Positions 38,548 to 49,687 of a stretch of 64,000 nucleotides of DNA are shown here, piece by piece. Position 1 is the stretch's first letter. Each line of letters begins with the position of its first letter. The DNA lies in contig CAXXIN010000018.1 in NCBI GenBank assembly GCA_963665275.2, forward strand, positions 394,553-458,552, given 5' to 3'. The DNA comes from Negativicutes bacterium (GTDB taxonomy: Bacteria; Bacillota; Negativicutes; UBA1444). Position numbers and translations under genes: made by a program. The notes below the pieces were generated by a model. The model was given only the letters and a program-made list of their open reading frames with translations, did not search any database and was not told the DNA's origin.

Positions 38548-40379
38548 ACCCCGACGCCTTGCTTGACGACCGTTACCGACTGCGTGAACGCATTGGCGGC
38601 GGCGGTATGGCTGAAGTCTATCTGGCGGAAGATGTTCTATTAACCCGTCAGGTTGCTGTAAAAATACTTCGTTCTCAGTTCACCTGTGACGATGATTTTA
38701 TAACCCGTTTTCGCCAGGAGGCGCGCGCAGCCGCCCGTTTATCACACCCGAATATTGTAAGTATTTTCGATGTTGGCTGTGATGCCGATACACATTATAT
38801 TGTTATGGAATATGTGGCTGGTGAAACCCTGAAAGACTTGATCAAGCGCGAAGGAAAATTGCCGCCCCTTGTGGCTGCAGAGTTTGCAGCACAAGTTGCG
38901 GCTGCTCTTAAACATGCGCATGAGAATAAGATCGTTCATTGTGATATCAAACCACATAATATTTTGGTTAGCCGGGATGGTATTGTTAAAGTGACGGATT
39001 TTGGCATTGCCAGAGCCGTTTCATCCCAAACGTCTACTCAGGTTGCAGGAATACTCGGTTCCGTTCATTACCTTTCACCCGAACAGGCCCGGGGATTCGG
39101 TGTGGAAGCCAAATCCGACATTTACTCATTGGGTGTGGTTCTTTATGAGATGTTGTCAGGTTCCACCCCGTTCGATGGGCCTACGGCCATTTCAATTGCC
39201 ATGAAACATCTGCAGGAAGAGCCCCGTTCCCTGTCGGAACTGGCGCCGCAGACTCCCGATGTACTGGTTGAGTTGGTAAAAAAGGCGATGGCCAAGAAAC
39301 CGTCAGACCGTTTTGAAACTGCGCAACTTATGTTGAATGATCTGGAACAGATTATTCGTCAACTTAAAGGTGAAGAAAACAAACCTTTGGATGCGCCTAA
39401 AGTGCGTAAAATAGACAAAAACAATCGCCCGAGTATCACGGACCGTTTGCGCCGTCTGCCGAAATGGACGTGGGGTGTTGGAGCCCTCCTGTTGCTTAGC
39501 TTTTTTATCGGCCAATTTATTGCTGATGGTGGTTTTTTCGGCGGTAAGGAAGTGCTGGTGCAGGATGTTGTCGGAAAACCGGCGGAAACCGCTCGTTCGA
39601 TATTGACCAATGATAATTTGCGCGTTCAGATTGTCGAAGCCTTCGATGAACGGGTAGCCGCCGGTTATGTCATCTCGCAGCAACCCAAAAGCGGACAGGT
39701 CGTCAAAGAACGTCGCATGATACAAATCGTTGTCAGCAAAGGCGCTGATGCGACAGCCATACCGGACCTGAAGGGATTGCTGCGCAGAGAAGCCGAGGCG
39801 CGGATACGCAGCGCCGGTTTGAAAGTTGGGATCATTGGCGAGGAGTACTCTGCGGAATCACCGATTGATACGATCATTAGCCAAAATCCACGCCCCCCTG
39901 GGCAAGTCGCCAAAGGCGTACTGATCGACATCATCATCAGCAAGGGGAAAAGCCCGCAGCAGATTACCATACCCAACTTTCTGGGGGAAAGCATGCAAAG
40001 TGTACTTTCCCGCATCGAAGCTTTGCATTTGAAAGCAGGAACAACTAAGGAAACCTCGACTTCCCGTTTTGCTCCAGGCACGGTCATTTCTCAGACGCCG
40101 ATTCCGGGAAGTAATGTCTATGAGGGAACAAGTGTGGATCTGGAAATAGCGCGCAGCGATGCCGGGATTCCCAAACGGGCCCGAATTCAGTTCGTTGTGC
40201 CGGATGGTCCGATTCGACAGACCTGTAAAATTATCGTAAGTGATGCAAATGGCGAACGCATTGTGTATGAAAATGTTCATAAGCCGGGGGAACGGATAGA
40301 GAAAGTGGTGGAAGGAACCGGACAAATGACAGTGAAAGCTTGGGTAAACAATAAATTGGTCCAGGAACAGTCCTTTTAA
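38544..40379 (+). CDS. pknB: PASTA-domain Ser/Thr kinase (PrkC/Stk1)
   Basis: GGGGMAEVY, HCDIKPHN, DFGIARA and YLSPEQ; one TM segment; three PASTA repeats. Confidence 0.95.
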   Translation: MNPDALLDDRYRLRERIGGGGMAEVYLAEDVLLTRQVAVKILRSQFTCDDDFITRFRQEARAAARLSHPNIVSIFDVGCDADTHYIVMEYVAGETLKDLIKREGKLPPLVAAEFAAQVAAALKHAHENKIVHCDIKPHNILVSRDGIVKVTDFGIARAVSSQTSTQVAGILGSVHYLSPEQARGFGVEAKSDIYSLGVVLYEMLSGSTPFDGPTAISIAMKHLQEEPRSLSELAPQTPDVLVELVKKAMAKKPSDRFETAQLMLNDLEQIIRQLKGEENKPLDAPKVRKIDKNNRPSITDRLRRLPKWTWGVGALLLLSFFIGQFIADGGFFGGKEVLVQDVVGKPAETARSILTNDNLRVQIVEAFDERVAAGYVISQQPKSGQVVKERRMIQIVVSKGADATAIPDLKGLLRREAEARIRSAGLKVGIIGEEYSAESPIDTIISQNPRPPGQVAKGVLIDIIISKGKSPQQITIPNFLGESMQSVLSRIEALHLKAGTTKETSTSRFAPGTVISQTPIPGSNVYEGTSVDLEIARSDAGIPKRARIQFVVPDGPIRQTCKIIVSDANGERIVYENVHKPGERIEKVVEGTGQMTVKAWVNNKLVQEQSF

Positions 40380-40382
40380 GTG

Positions 40383-41276
40383 ATGGATAAGAATTGGGTT
40401 GCAGGCGTTGTCATTCGGGCAACCAGCGGCTTTTATTTCGTGCAGAGCGCAGCGCGGGTTATCTCCTGCAAAGTGCGTGGACGAATGAAGCAGAACCGTT
40501 ATTCGGTTTGCGTTGGTGACAAAGTTGCCTTCACAGCGAATGGGGAAGGATCGGGAACGATCGAAGAAGTATTGCCGCGGGAATCTTTTTTAAAACGTCC
40601 GGAAGTTGCCAACGTGAACCAGGCGATCCTTACGTTTGCCGCCAATCAGCCCCGTGTCGATTTCGGATTGCTGGACCGTTTTTTGGTCTTGGCGGAATTA
40701 TCGGAGATCCCCCCAGTAATTTGCATCAATAAAATTGATATGGCAGATCCTGAAGAGTTGCGGCCGTTTCTCGCGGTCTATGAAAAAATCGGCTACCCGG
40801 TTCTGGAAGTCTCCGCGAAAACCGGCACGGGAATTCAGGCTCTTCAGACCTTGCTGTATGATAAGGTGAGTGTCTTCGCAGGGCCATCGGGAGTCGGAAA
40901 GTCTTCATTGCTGAATGTGATTGAACCTGGATTGCGTCTAGTAACCGGTGAACTCAGCCAAAAAATCGGCCGTGGAAAGCACACAACACGCTGTGCTGAA
41001 CTGCTGCCCTTATCAGGCGGCGGGTTTGTCGTGGATACGCCGGGATTCAGTTTTACCGAATTCGTGGAGATGACGCCGGATGATCTGCGCTTTCAGTACC
41101 GGGAATTCAAATCCCATCTCGCGGATTGTCATTTTTCTTCCTGCCTGCACTATAAGGAACCGCAATGTGCAGTAAAACAAGCTGTTCAAGATGAGAAAAT
41201 TGCTTCCTGGCGCTATGATTCCTATGTCGAACTGCTGATAGAAATATTGCAGACCCAACAAAAGAGGAGGTTTTGA
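40383..41276 (+). CDS. rsgA: Ribosome small subunit-dependent GTPase A
   Basis: NKID, GPSGVGKSS, RGKHTT, DTPGF and C-terminal Zn site C.F..C.H..EP.C. Confidence 0.96.
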   Translation: MDKNWVAGVVIRATSGFYFVQSAARVISCKVRGRMKQNRYSVCVGDKVAFTANGEGSGTIEEVLPRESFLKRPEVANVNQAILTFAANQPRVDFGLLDRFLVLAELSEIPPVICINKIDMADPEELRPFLAVYEKIGYPVLEVSAKTGTGIQALQTLLYDKVSVFAGPSGVGKSSLLNVIEPGLRLVTGELSQKIGRGKHTTRCAELLPLSGGGFVVDTPGFSFTEFVEMTPDDLRFQYREFKSHLADCHFSSCLHYKEPQCAVKQAVQDEKIASWRYDSYVELLIEILQTQQKRRF

Positions 41277-41277
41277 T

Positions 41278-41922
41278 TTGACGATCATTGCACCATCGAT
41301 TTTATCGGCCAATTTTGTTCGATTGGCTGAAGACATTGCACGAGTGGAAGCCGCTGGAGCAGATTGGCTTCATCTGGATATCATGGATGGGCATTTTGTG
41401 CCGAATCTGACCTTCGGTCCACCCATTGTCGCTGCCATCCGTAAAATTACGAAGTTGCCGCTGGATGTCCATCTGATGGTTACTAATCCGGCGGAACTCG
41501 TCGATGCTTTTGCCGCCGCCGGCGCTGACTGGCTGACAGTTCATGTGGAAACGGAACCTCACCTCAACCGCTTGGTGAGCCGGATTCGGGAATTAGGCGT
41601 TCGACCGGCAGTGGCGCTGAATCCGTCAACCCCTATCGGAGTTCTGGAAGAAATCATTGCCGAGGTGGACCTGGTTTTGGTGATGAGCGTCAATCCAGGT
41701 TTTGGCGGGCAGAACTTTATTCCTGGATCCCTGGCGAAGGTTAGCCGCCTTAAAACCATGATTGCTCAGCAAAATCGTTCCATTCTGATTCAGGTTGATG
41801 GTGGCATTAATGATAAAACAGCACCGCAAATAATCAACGCCGGAGCTGATATCCTAGTGGCAGGATCAGCCATTTTCGGCAGTGCGGATTTGGCGGTAGC
41901 GATTCAAAAGCTAAAAGTATAA
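41278..41922 (+). CDS. rpe: Ribulose-phosphate 3-epimerase
   Basis: APSILSA, HLDIMDGHFVPN, MSVNPGFGGQ and DGGIN. Confidence 0.97.
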   Translation: MTIIAPSILSANFVRLAEDIARVEAAGADWLHLDIMDGHFVPNLTFGPPIVAAIRKITKLPLDVHLMVTNPAELVDAFAAAGADWLTVHVETEPHLNRLVSRIRELGVRPAVALNPSTPIGVLEEIIAEVDLVLVMSVNPGFGGQNFIPGSLAKVSRLKTMIAQQNRSILIQVDGGINDKTAPQIINAGADILVAGSAIFGSADLAVAIQKLKV

Positions 41923-42003
41923 TTTGCAAGAGGGAGCTTCCCTGCAACGACTTGCATTTTCCGGCTTGTGGTGTTATCCTATTAATGGATTTACAATTGA
42001 ATA

Positions 42004-42128
42004 AGGCCTTTGGGGCATGGTGCGAAAGAGCAATCTTTCAATTCCTGACCGGCGGTAAAGCCCGCGAGCCGAGAGGTTGATCCGGTATGAATTCCGGAGC
42101 CGACAGTAAAGTCTGGATGGGAAAAGGC
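42004..42128 (+). ncRNA. FMN riboswitch (RFN element)
   Basis: GGGGC...GGTG...AATTCC.GACCGGCGGTAAAGCCCGCGA...GATCCGGT..AATTCCGGAGCCGACAGTAAAGTCTGGATGGGA, located upstream of ribD. Confidence 0.93.
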
Positions 42129-42160
42129 AATTTTAGGCCTGTTATTGGGCTGCGTTTATT

Positions 42161-42188
42161 TCCCAAAGATTTATCTTTGGGATTTTGT
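42161..42188 (+). terminator. Attenuator terminator of the FMN riboswitch
   Basis: TCCCAAAGA-ttta-TCTTTGGGA-TTTTGT between the aptamer and ribD. Confidence 0.7.
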
Positions 42189-42205
42189 ATTATGGGGGCA
42201 TTCAT

Positions 42206-43348
42206 ATGCAAATCGATACCGATGAACAATATATGCACGAAGCGCTCATGCTGGCCCGCCAAGGGCGGGGACGGACCAGTCCCAATCCCGTTGTCGGCGC
42301 GATAATCGTCAAGGATAAAGTAATCATAGGACGCGGATGGCATCAAAAAGCGGGTACCGCGCATGCCGAGATCCATGCAATCACTGATGCTGGCTTGGCC
42401 ACAAAAAATGCGACTCTATATGTTACATTGGAGCCATGCTGCCACCGGGGACGAACCGGCCCGTGCACCGAAGCAATCATCGCCGCAGGAATCAGGCGGG
42501 TGGTGGTGGCCATGGTGGATCCCAATCCGCTGGTGGCCGGTTGTGGCATTGAAGTATTGCGAAAGCAGGGTATTACTGTGGATACCGGCATCCTTGCCGC
42601 AGAGGCCGCGGATCTGAACGCCCCTTTCATCAAGTGGATCACTTGCAGCATGCCTTTTGTCACGATGAAAAACGGCATTAGTCTGGACGGGAAAATCGCC
42701 ACAAGCACTGGAAATTCCCGCTGGATTACTGGCGAATCGTCCCGGTTGGAAGTTCATCGCATGCGCGATTCATCCGACGCGATTATTACCGGGATCGGAA
42801 CGGTACTGGCAGATGACCCGGAATTGACGACTCGGCTGCCCTCGGGAGGCAAATCGCCAGTTCGGGTGGTGGTGGACCGATTAGCCCGAACGCCGCTCTC
42901 AGCAAAGCTGGTAACAGACGGCAATGCGCATACGATCATCGCCGTATCCACGGAAGCGCCACAAGACAGAGTAGCTAATCTGGAAGCTTTGGGAGTGGAG
43001 ATATTGAAACTCTCCGCACAGGGAGGGCGTCTTGATTTGGGAGAGTTGCTGCGCAACCTTGGCCAGCGCTGTCTAACCAGTGTCATGGTTGAGGCGGGCG
43101 GAACGCTGAATTCCTCCTTCTTATTTAACAATTTAGTGGACAAAGTAGTGCTGTTCGTTGCGCCAAAGATCATTGGCGGTTCCGGAGCTCCGGGACCCTA
43201 TGGAGGGAGTGGCATTGACTTGCTTTCAGACGCAGTCGAACTGGAGGATCTGGCCGTACAAACGCTTGGCTCAGACCTAAAGATTGAGGGATATGTAAAA
43301 CGGAGGGAGAGTCGCGATGTTTACAGGACTTGTGGAGGAATTGGGTAA
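42206..43348 (+). CDS. ribD: Riboflavin biosynthesis deaminase/reductase
   Basis: TSPNP.VGA, HAE, TLEPCCH.GRTGPC, SLDGKIA and EAGG. Confidence 0.96.
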   Translation: MQIDTDEQYMHEALMLARQGRGRTSPNPVVGAIIVKDKVIIGRGWHQKAGTAHAEIHAITDAGLATKNATLYVTLEPCCHRGRTGPCTEAIIAAGIRRVVVAMVDPNPLVAGCGIEVLRKQGITVDTGILAAEAADLNAPFIKWITCSMPFVTMKNGISLDGKIATSTGNSRWITGESSRLEVHRMRDSSDAIITGIGTVLADDPELTTRLPSGGKSPVRVVVDRLARTPLSAKLVTDGNAHTIIAVSTEAPQDRVANLEALGVEILKLSAQGGRLDLGELLRNLGQRCLTSVMVEAGGTLNSSFLFNNLVDKVVLFVAPKIIGGSGAPGPYGGSGIDLLSDAVELEDLAVQTLGSDLKIEGYVKRRESRDVYRTCGGIG

Positions 43349-43973
43349 AGTTCGGGCAGTGGCTCGCGGGGCACATTCAATTCGTCTGACGATCGCTGCG
43401 CAAAAAGTAATGTCGGATGTGAAACTTGGTGACAGTATCGCCGTCGATGGAGCCTGCCTGACGGTCGTTGATTTCACTTCGAACTCCTTCACGGCAGACA
43501 TCATGCCGGAAACATATGATCGAACGACACTATCGTTGCGCAAACCAGGAGAATCAGTGAATCTGGAGCGAACACTGCGGTTGGGAGACCGTCTGGGCGG
43601 GCATATAGTTAGTGGGCATGTGGACGGAATAGGAACATTAGTTTCTGTAATCCCGCGCGATAATGCGAACATTTTGCGTGTACGCTGCCCATCAAATATG
43701 GAGCCCCTTTTCATTCCACAGGGATCAGTCGCGCTTGATGGAGTCAGTTTGACCATAGTTGACTGCGGAGCCGATTGGTTCGAGGTTTCTCTGATTCCGC
43801 ACACTTGGGATGTTACGGTGCTTTCACGCAAAAAACAGGGTGATCAGGTAAACGTAGAAACGGATGTTCTGGGAAAATACATTCATCGCATGATTCAGCC
43901 CGATAGGCGAGTGCAGGGAGTTGGCAATAAGCTTAGCGTCGATTTTTTAGCAAAACACGGTTTTGGGAATTAG
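43317..43973 (+). CDS. ribE: Riboflavin synthase alpha chain
   Basis: MFTGLVE, GDSIAVDGACLT and GGHIVSGHVD. Confidence 0.96.
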   Translation: MFTGLVEELGKVRAVARGAHSIRLTIAAQKVMSDVKLGDSIAVDGACLTVVDFTSNSFTADIMPETYDRTTLSLRKPGESVNLERTLRLGDRLGGHIVSGHVDGIGTLVSVIPRDNANILRVRCPSNMEPLFIPQGSVALDGVSLTIVDCGADWFEVSLIPHTWDVTVLSRKKQGDQVNVETDVLGKYIHRMIQPDRRVQGVGNKLSVDFLAKHGFGN

Positions 43974-43985
43974 TAAGGAGGAGAA

Positions 43986-45209
43986 ATGATGGAATTCAAA
44001 TTTAGCACCATTGAAGAAGCGGTCGAAGACATCCGGGCAGGTCGGATGGTGATAGTAGTCGATGATGAGGACCGCGAAAACGAGGGAGATCTGGTATTCG
44101 CTGCAGACAAGGTTACGCCTGAAATGATCAACTTCATGGCGAAAAATGCTCGCGGCTTGATCTGCGTCCCCATGAAGGGTGAGCGCCTTGACCAGCTGGG
44201 AATCGGACAGATGGTCAGTGAAAATACGGATTCCCATTGCACGGCCTTTACGGTTTCAGTGGATGCGTATGAAGTATCAACAGGAATTTCCGCATTTGAG
44301 CGCTCCCAGACGGTACAAACATTGATAGATCCGGCAAAAGGACCTGGAGATATTCGCCGTCCCGGTCACATGTTCCCGTTGCGATATCGGGAAGGAGGAG
44401 TTCTTCGCCGAACCGGCCATACGGAAGCATCTATTGATTTGGCTATTATGGCCGGCTTATATCCTGCAGCGGTTATTTGCGAAATAATGAACGAAGATGG
44501 AACGATGGCACGCGTACCACAGCTCATGGAGTTCGCTGCAAAACACGAACTCAAATTGATTACGGTGGCAGACTTAATCAAATACCGCAAGCACCACGAA
44601 CGGGTTGTGGAAAAAGTCGCTGAGGCGACTTTGCCGACGAAGTACGGCTCATTCCGGGTGTTGGCGTATGAAAGTTCCATCGACAAACTTTGCCATCTGG
44701 CGCTCGTCAAAGGCGACGTTGAGAACAAGCCCAACGTGCTTGTTCGCGTACATTCCGAGTGCCTGACAGGGGATGTGCTGGGATCCCTCCGCTGTGACTG
44801 CGGCGACCAGCTTGGCGTTGCCATGAAACGAATCGAACAGGAAGGCGCTGGCGTTCTCTTGTATATGCGTCAGGAAGGGCGGGGCATCGGCCTTGCCAAT
44901 AAAATCAGGGCATACGCGCTGCAGGATCAGGGGAAAGACACCGTTGAAGCCAATGTATTGCTGGGGTTCGCCCCTGATATGCGGGATTATGGGATCGGGG
45001 CCCAGATTCTATCTGATCTTGGTCTTACCAGCATTCGCCTGCTGACCAATAATCCGGAAAAAAGGGCTGGGCTTGAAGGATATGGACTGACAATCATAGA
45101 GCGAGTCCCTGTTGAAATAAAGGCGAACGCTTTCAATGTCAAGTATCTGTCGGTTAAGAAATCAAAAATGGGACACTTGTTGAAATCGGAAGAGGGGGAA
45201 GCAAAATGA
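43986..45209 (+). CDS. ribBA: Bifunctional DHBP synthase/GTP cyclohydrolase II
   Basis: [35 protein letters not shown] and LLTNNP. Confidence 0.97.
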   Translation: MMEFKFSTIEEAVEDIRAGRMVIVVDDEDRENEGDLVFAADKVTPEMINFMAKNARGLICVPMKGERLDQLGIGQMVSENTDSHCTAFTVSVDAYEVSTGISAFERSQTVQTLIDPAKGPGDIRRPGHMFPLRYREGGVLRRTGHTEASIDLAIMAGLYPAAVICEIMNEDGTMARVPQLMEFAAKHELKLITVADLIKYRKHHERVVEKVAEATLPTKYGSFRVLAYESSIDKLCHLALVKGDVENKPNVLVRVHSECLTGDVLGSLRCDCGDQLGVAMKRIEQEGAGVLLYMRQEGRGIGLANKIRAYALQDQGKDTVEANVLLGFAPDMRDYGIGAQILSDLGLTSIRLLTNNPEKRAGLEGYGLTIIERVPVEIKANAFNVKYLSVKKSKMGHLLKSEEGEAK

Positions 45210-45688
45210 GTATTAAGGTTATTGAAGGAAAATTTACAGCGGAGGGGCTGCGCATCGGCATCGTCGCGGCCCGGTTCAATGAATTCATTACAAACAAGCT
45301 GGTGTCCGGTGCTGTGGATGCCTTGACACGACACGGCGCCACCGAAGAAAATATTACACTGGCCTGGGTACCGGGAGCTTTTGAAATTCCTCTGGCTGCG
45401 CAAAAAATGGCGAATACTCACAATTATGACGCAGTCATTTGTCTGGGCGCCGTAATCCGCGGCAGCACACCGCATTTCGATTATGTTGCGGGTGAAGTAA
45501 CCAAAGGCGTGGCTCATGTGGGTCTGGAGACCGGCGTACCGACAGTATTCGGCGTTCTGACTACGGAAAATATCGAACAGGCGATTGAACGTGCAGGAAC
45601 CAAGGCTGGTAATAAAGGCTTTGATGCGGCAATGACTGCGATTGAAATGGCCAATTTATTCAAAACCTGGGGACCGGCGCATGTCTGA
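45206..45688 (+). CDS. ribH: 6,7-dimethyl-8-ribityllumazine synthase
   Basis: [25 protein letters not shown] and GNKG. Confidence 0.97.
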   Translation: MSIKVIEGKFTAEGLRIGIVAARFNEFITNKLVSGAVDALTRHGATEENITLAWVPGAFEIPLAAQKMANTHNYDAVICLGAVIRGSTPHFDYVAGEVTKGVAHVGLETGVPTVFGVLTTENIEQAIERAGTKAGNKGFDAAMTAIEMANLFKTWGPAHV

Positions 45689-46559
45689 TCAGATTATCCG
45701 GGCCATCGCGCCCGGCGTCCGAATCGTGGCTGCCATAACGACAGCGTTAACGGAGGAGGCGAGAAGGCGGCATAACTGCAGCCCCCTCGCCACTGCGGCT
45801 CTAGGACGGACAATGACTGCTGCACTGCTATTGTCTGAGACCATTAAGGGGGATGAGTGCATCACCGTACGCGTGGCCGGTGATGGCCCCCTTGGCAGCA
45901 TTGTCGCCGATACGCCGACACGTCACTGTGTGCGCGGATATGTGCACAACCCTGACGTTGATTTGCCTTCCGTGAATGGGAAGCTAGCCGTGGGCGCTGG
46001 AGTAGGGCGGGGGATGCTGCACGTGACCCGTTTCAACCCGCAACGGGAGGTTTTCACGGGCACTGTAGAGTTGGTTTCTGGTGAAATCGCTGAAGACATA
46101 ACCCGTTACCTACTGGAATCCGAACAAATTCCATCAACCGTCGGACTTGGGGTTTTGGTAGACACGGATGGCCGGGTTGCTGGCGCAGCCGGGTTCCTTG
46201 TACAGGCAATGCCTGATGCAACGGATGAAGTGCTTAACGCTATTGAACAAAATTTATTTCTTGTTTCATCGCCGTCTCAACTGGCGATGGAGGGCGTGAC
46301 CGCAGCAGGGATTGCCAGGCTGCTGTTGGCGGGTTTGTCGGAGGATACCCTGTATGAAGCGGAACCGATTTCTTTCTGCTGTACATGCAGTCGGGAACGT
46401 GTTTGGGATATGCTGTCAAGTTTAGGCATTGATGAGTTGACGGCGATGATGGCCGAAGGACAGGGTGAAGTGCGCTGTAATTTCTGTAATGAACTTTATC
46501 AATTCAACGAAGAGGAATTGTGTGAAATTGTAAATCACTCCAGGACGCGCAACGCTTAA
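45681..46559 (+). CDS. hslO: Hsp33 redox chaperone
   Basis: ALGRTMT, SGEIAED..YL..SEQ.PS, and Zn motif CTCS...CNFC. Confidence 0.94.
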   Translation: MSDQIIRAIAPGVRIVAAITTALTEEARRRHNCSPLATAALGRTMTAALLLSETIKGDECITVRVAGDGPLGSIVADTPTRHCVRGYVHNPDVDLPSVNGKLAVGAGVGRGMLHVTRFNPQREVFTGTVELVSGEIAEDITRYLLESEQIPSTVGLGVLVDTDGRVAGAAGFLVQAMPDATDEVLNAIEQNLFLVSSPSQLAMEGVTAAGIARLLLAGLSEDTLYEAEPISFCCTCSRERVWDMLSSLGIDELTAMMAEGQGEVRCNFCNELYQFNEEELCEIVNHSRTRNA

Positions 46560-46589
46560 TAGGATACCGTTATATTTTCAGATAAGAGA

Positions 46590-46635
46590 AAAAAGAGGTT
46601 GTGTTGAAAACCGAAATTTCACACAACCTCTTTTT
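46590..46635. terminator. Bidirectional terminator between hslO and rpmB
   Basis: AAAAAGAGGTTGTGT-N16-ACACAACCTCTTTTT between convergent genes. Confidence 0.8.
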
Positions 46636-46668
46636 ATAACAACTATGAAAAAAATGGAGCATTAATTG

Positions 46669-46857
46669 TTACGGACGGGCAACTTTCCCTGAACGGAGGC
46701 AACGGGTACAAACATTCAAACGAGTAACTTCACCTTTTACCAAAGCCCGGACGCGCTGGATATTCGGTTTCCAGGTCCGTTTGGTTTTAAGGTGGGAATG
46801 GCTGACATTGAATCCACTGCGTTCACCTTTGCCGCAGACTTCACACAGATTGGCCAT
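46669..46857 (-). CDS. rpmB: 50S ribosomal protein L28
   Basis: MANLCEVCGK...VSHSH..TKRTWKPNIQ...VCTRCLRSG; RBS AGGAGG. Confidence 0.97.
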   Translation of the reverse strand: MANLCEVCGKGERSGFNVSHSHLKTKRTWKPNIQRVRALVKGEVTRLNVCTRCLRSGKVARP

Positions 46858-47374
46858 CAAATACACCTCCTTCAATCCTGAGGGTTAATACGAATTAACG
46901 CTGAACAACGAAGTAATTTTAACATAAGCAGAATGGAAAAAGCAAGGCATTTTGCCTTGCTTAGTGAATTTATCTGTTTGCGAGGTTCCTTAGGCGACTG
47001 ATTTTTGTTCATTCAAATTGATTTTTATTGTTTGGGCCGACGCATCGAAGAGTATTCATAGTATCTCATTAACAGGATACCTTCGCAATCAAAAAAATCT
47101 CGCTTTATTGTGTACAACCCTATTAGATATATGTAATATGAATACTAACAATCAAATCTTTTCTTTTATCTATAGGACGCAGGAAAGTTTCATGGAAATC
47201 CGCATCTGATTTATTTTTCGGAGGCTGCACTCCACCGCATTTTTTGTCTGCGGCTGGATCCTTGTTCATAACACAGCTCATAACTAGCGCCAACTCGCCT
47301 AATGCTGCCCGACACGGTCGTTTGGGGCAGAAGGTCTTCATGGCGCAGAGATCAATACAATAGGAGTAAGCTAA

Positions 47375-49419
47375 ATGAGTGATCAATCCATTGAGGCGCT
47401 GAAGGGCGTAGGTGCTTCAACTGCCGACAGACTGGGACGCATGGGCATTCATACGATCAGCGAATTGCTCGAACATTTTCCTCTGCGCTATGAAGACCGC
47501 ACACAGCGTAAAAACATCGTTGAATTGCAACATGGAGAGTTCGCGACGTTTACTGCCACGATCATGCGAGGGGAACTTCACCATGTTAAGGGAAAATCTA
47601 TCGCCCGCGTGTCTGTTCGCGATGATACCGGACAGGCTTTGCTGGTATGGTTCAATCAACCTTACCGGGCGACGGCGTGGAAACCGGCTACTGAAGTGAC
47701 AGTGTATGGGCGGGTTAACCGATTCCGCGACACCTTGCAGATCGAAGCGCCGGAAGTGGAAACAGCAACCCAGGCAGAATCGTTGAACTCAGCCAGAATT
47801 GTCCCTATTTACCCCTTGACGCAGGGTCTGGGCGCAAGAGCTTTGCGAAAATTGATGGCTGCAGCTTTGTCTGCGCAGCAAGTTCTGCCGGATACTATTC
47901 CGTGCAGCATATTACAAACTCATCATCTCATGGACCGAACCAGTGCGCTTCACGAAATTCACTTTCCTACGGATTGGGAATCGATGCAGCGCGCTAAACG
48001 CAGGATCGTTTTCGAAGAATTATTTTATTTACAGTGTGCGTTGGCGTATATTCGCAGTCAAAGAGTAGATGACAGGCGTAGTATCGCGCACCAGCCTGAT
48101 GGAGAAAAAACATGCCAGCTCAAAAAACTCTTTCCTTTTCAGCTTACTGACGACCAGCGGACTGCCTACGAAGAAATTCGCATGGATATGGAGTCTGACC
48201 GGCCCATGCACCGCCTCTTGCAGGGTGATGTCGGTTCTGGTAAGACAGCTGTCGCTTTACTGGCGCTGGTAAAAACGATTGCGAACGGATTGCAGGGAGT
48301 ATTGATGGCGCCAACCGAAATATTGGCCGAGCAACATTTTCAAACTTGCTCAGAATTGTTTGCCGGTTTGGGAATTCGGACAGCGATATTGACCGGGACG
48401 GGTGAAAGGAAATGCTCGAAAGCAAATCCTGCAAGACTTGCAAGCTGGTGAACTGGACCTTTTAATTGGAACTCATGCTCTTTTGCAACCCGATGTTGTG
48501 TTTCGCCAGCTAGGGCTTTCGGTTACAGACGAACAGCACCGGTTTGGCGTGGGTCAAAGGGCCACGCTGCAGCAAAAAGGAGAAGTTCCTCATACGTTGG
48601 TGATGTCTGCCACGCCGATTCCAAGAACCATGGCTTTGACAATATATGGCGATATGGATGTTTCCGTGATTCGTCAGTTGCCGCCGGGACGAAAACCGAT
48701 CATGACTGCCATCCGTTCTGGAAATGCAGCGCGAGAAAAAGTTTACCAGTTTCTTGTGTCAGAAATAAGAGCTGGTCGGCAAGGGTATGTTGTCTGCCCG
48801 TTAGTGGAAGATTCGGAAAAATTGGAAGCACAGTCGGCGACGACGGTTTTTGGCGAAATGACGACAACTGTGCTTCGCGAGGTCTCGTGCGGACTATTGC
48901 ATGGAAGAATGAATGCCAGTGAAAAGGAATCCGTGATGCGGGATTTCGTGGCCGGAAAAATCGCCGTATTGATTTCAACAACCGTCATTGAAGTTGGAAT
49001 AAATGTCCCCCGCGCCTCCATGATGATTGTTGAAGATGCCGCACGCTTTGGACTGGCTCAACTGCATCAGCTGCGTGGACGAGTGGGAAGGGGCGCGGAC
49101 CGATCTTACTGTGTTTTGCTCCACAATGAACAGGCTGGGCCAACTCCGGAAAGGTTGAAGATACTCGTTGATACCAGTGATGGTTTTGTGGTAGCTGAAA
49201 AGGACTTGGCAATTCGTGGACCGGGGCAATTTCTGGGCTATCGCCAGCATGGACTGCCAGAAATGAAAATGGCCAGCCTGGCCGATGACCTGAATGTTCT
49301 GGAAGACGCTCGCAAAGCCGGCCTTGAAATAATGCAAAATCCAGAGTGCTCAGGGGAGAATTACCAACTTATTAAAGGAAAAATATGAAAGGTTTTTCGG
49401 CATCCTGTTCGTGGGATGA
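47375..49419 (+). pseudogene. recG: ATP-dependent DNA helicase RecG, frameshifted as assembled (about 48400 and about 49350-49380; probably errors)
   Basis: LQGDVGSGKT and MAPTEILAEQH in ORF 47375..48451; DEQHRFG, SATPIPR, LHQLRGRVGRG and RGPG in ORF 48402..49388. Plausible C-terminus KYERFFGILFVG* in another frame. Confidence 0.9.
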
Positions 49420-49497
49420 AGGGATAGAGAAAACAATGCAGAATATTAACTGAAGAAACCACAACAGTAATATTTCAAATATAAAGGAGAGAAGAAA

Positions 49498-49685
49498 ATG
49501 CCTATCGTACAAATTGACATGCTGGAAGGAAGATCCCTGGAACAAAAGAAGAGCTATGGTAGCTAAGATAACTGATGCAATCACTGAAAACGGCCAACTG
49601 TCCTGCAGATGCCGTTACCATCATCATTCGCGACATGCCGACTACCAACCTGGGTAAGGGTGGAAAACTGAGGTCGGATAGCTAA
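49498..49685 (+). pseudogene. 4-oxalocrotonate tautomerase family protein (not in the ORF track; two +1 A insertions as assembled)
   Basis: RBS AAGGAG. Corrected reading: MPIVQIDMLEGRSLEQKRAMVAKITDAITETANCPADAVTIIIRDMPTTNLGKGGKLRSDS, with catalytic Pro1. Confidence 0.85.
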
Positions 49686-49687
49686 GT

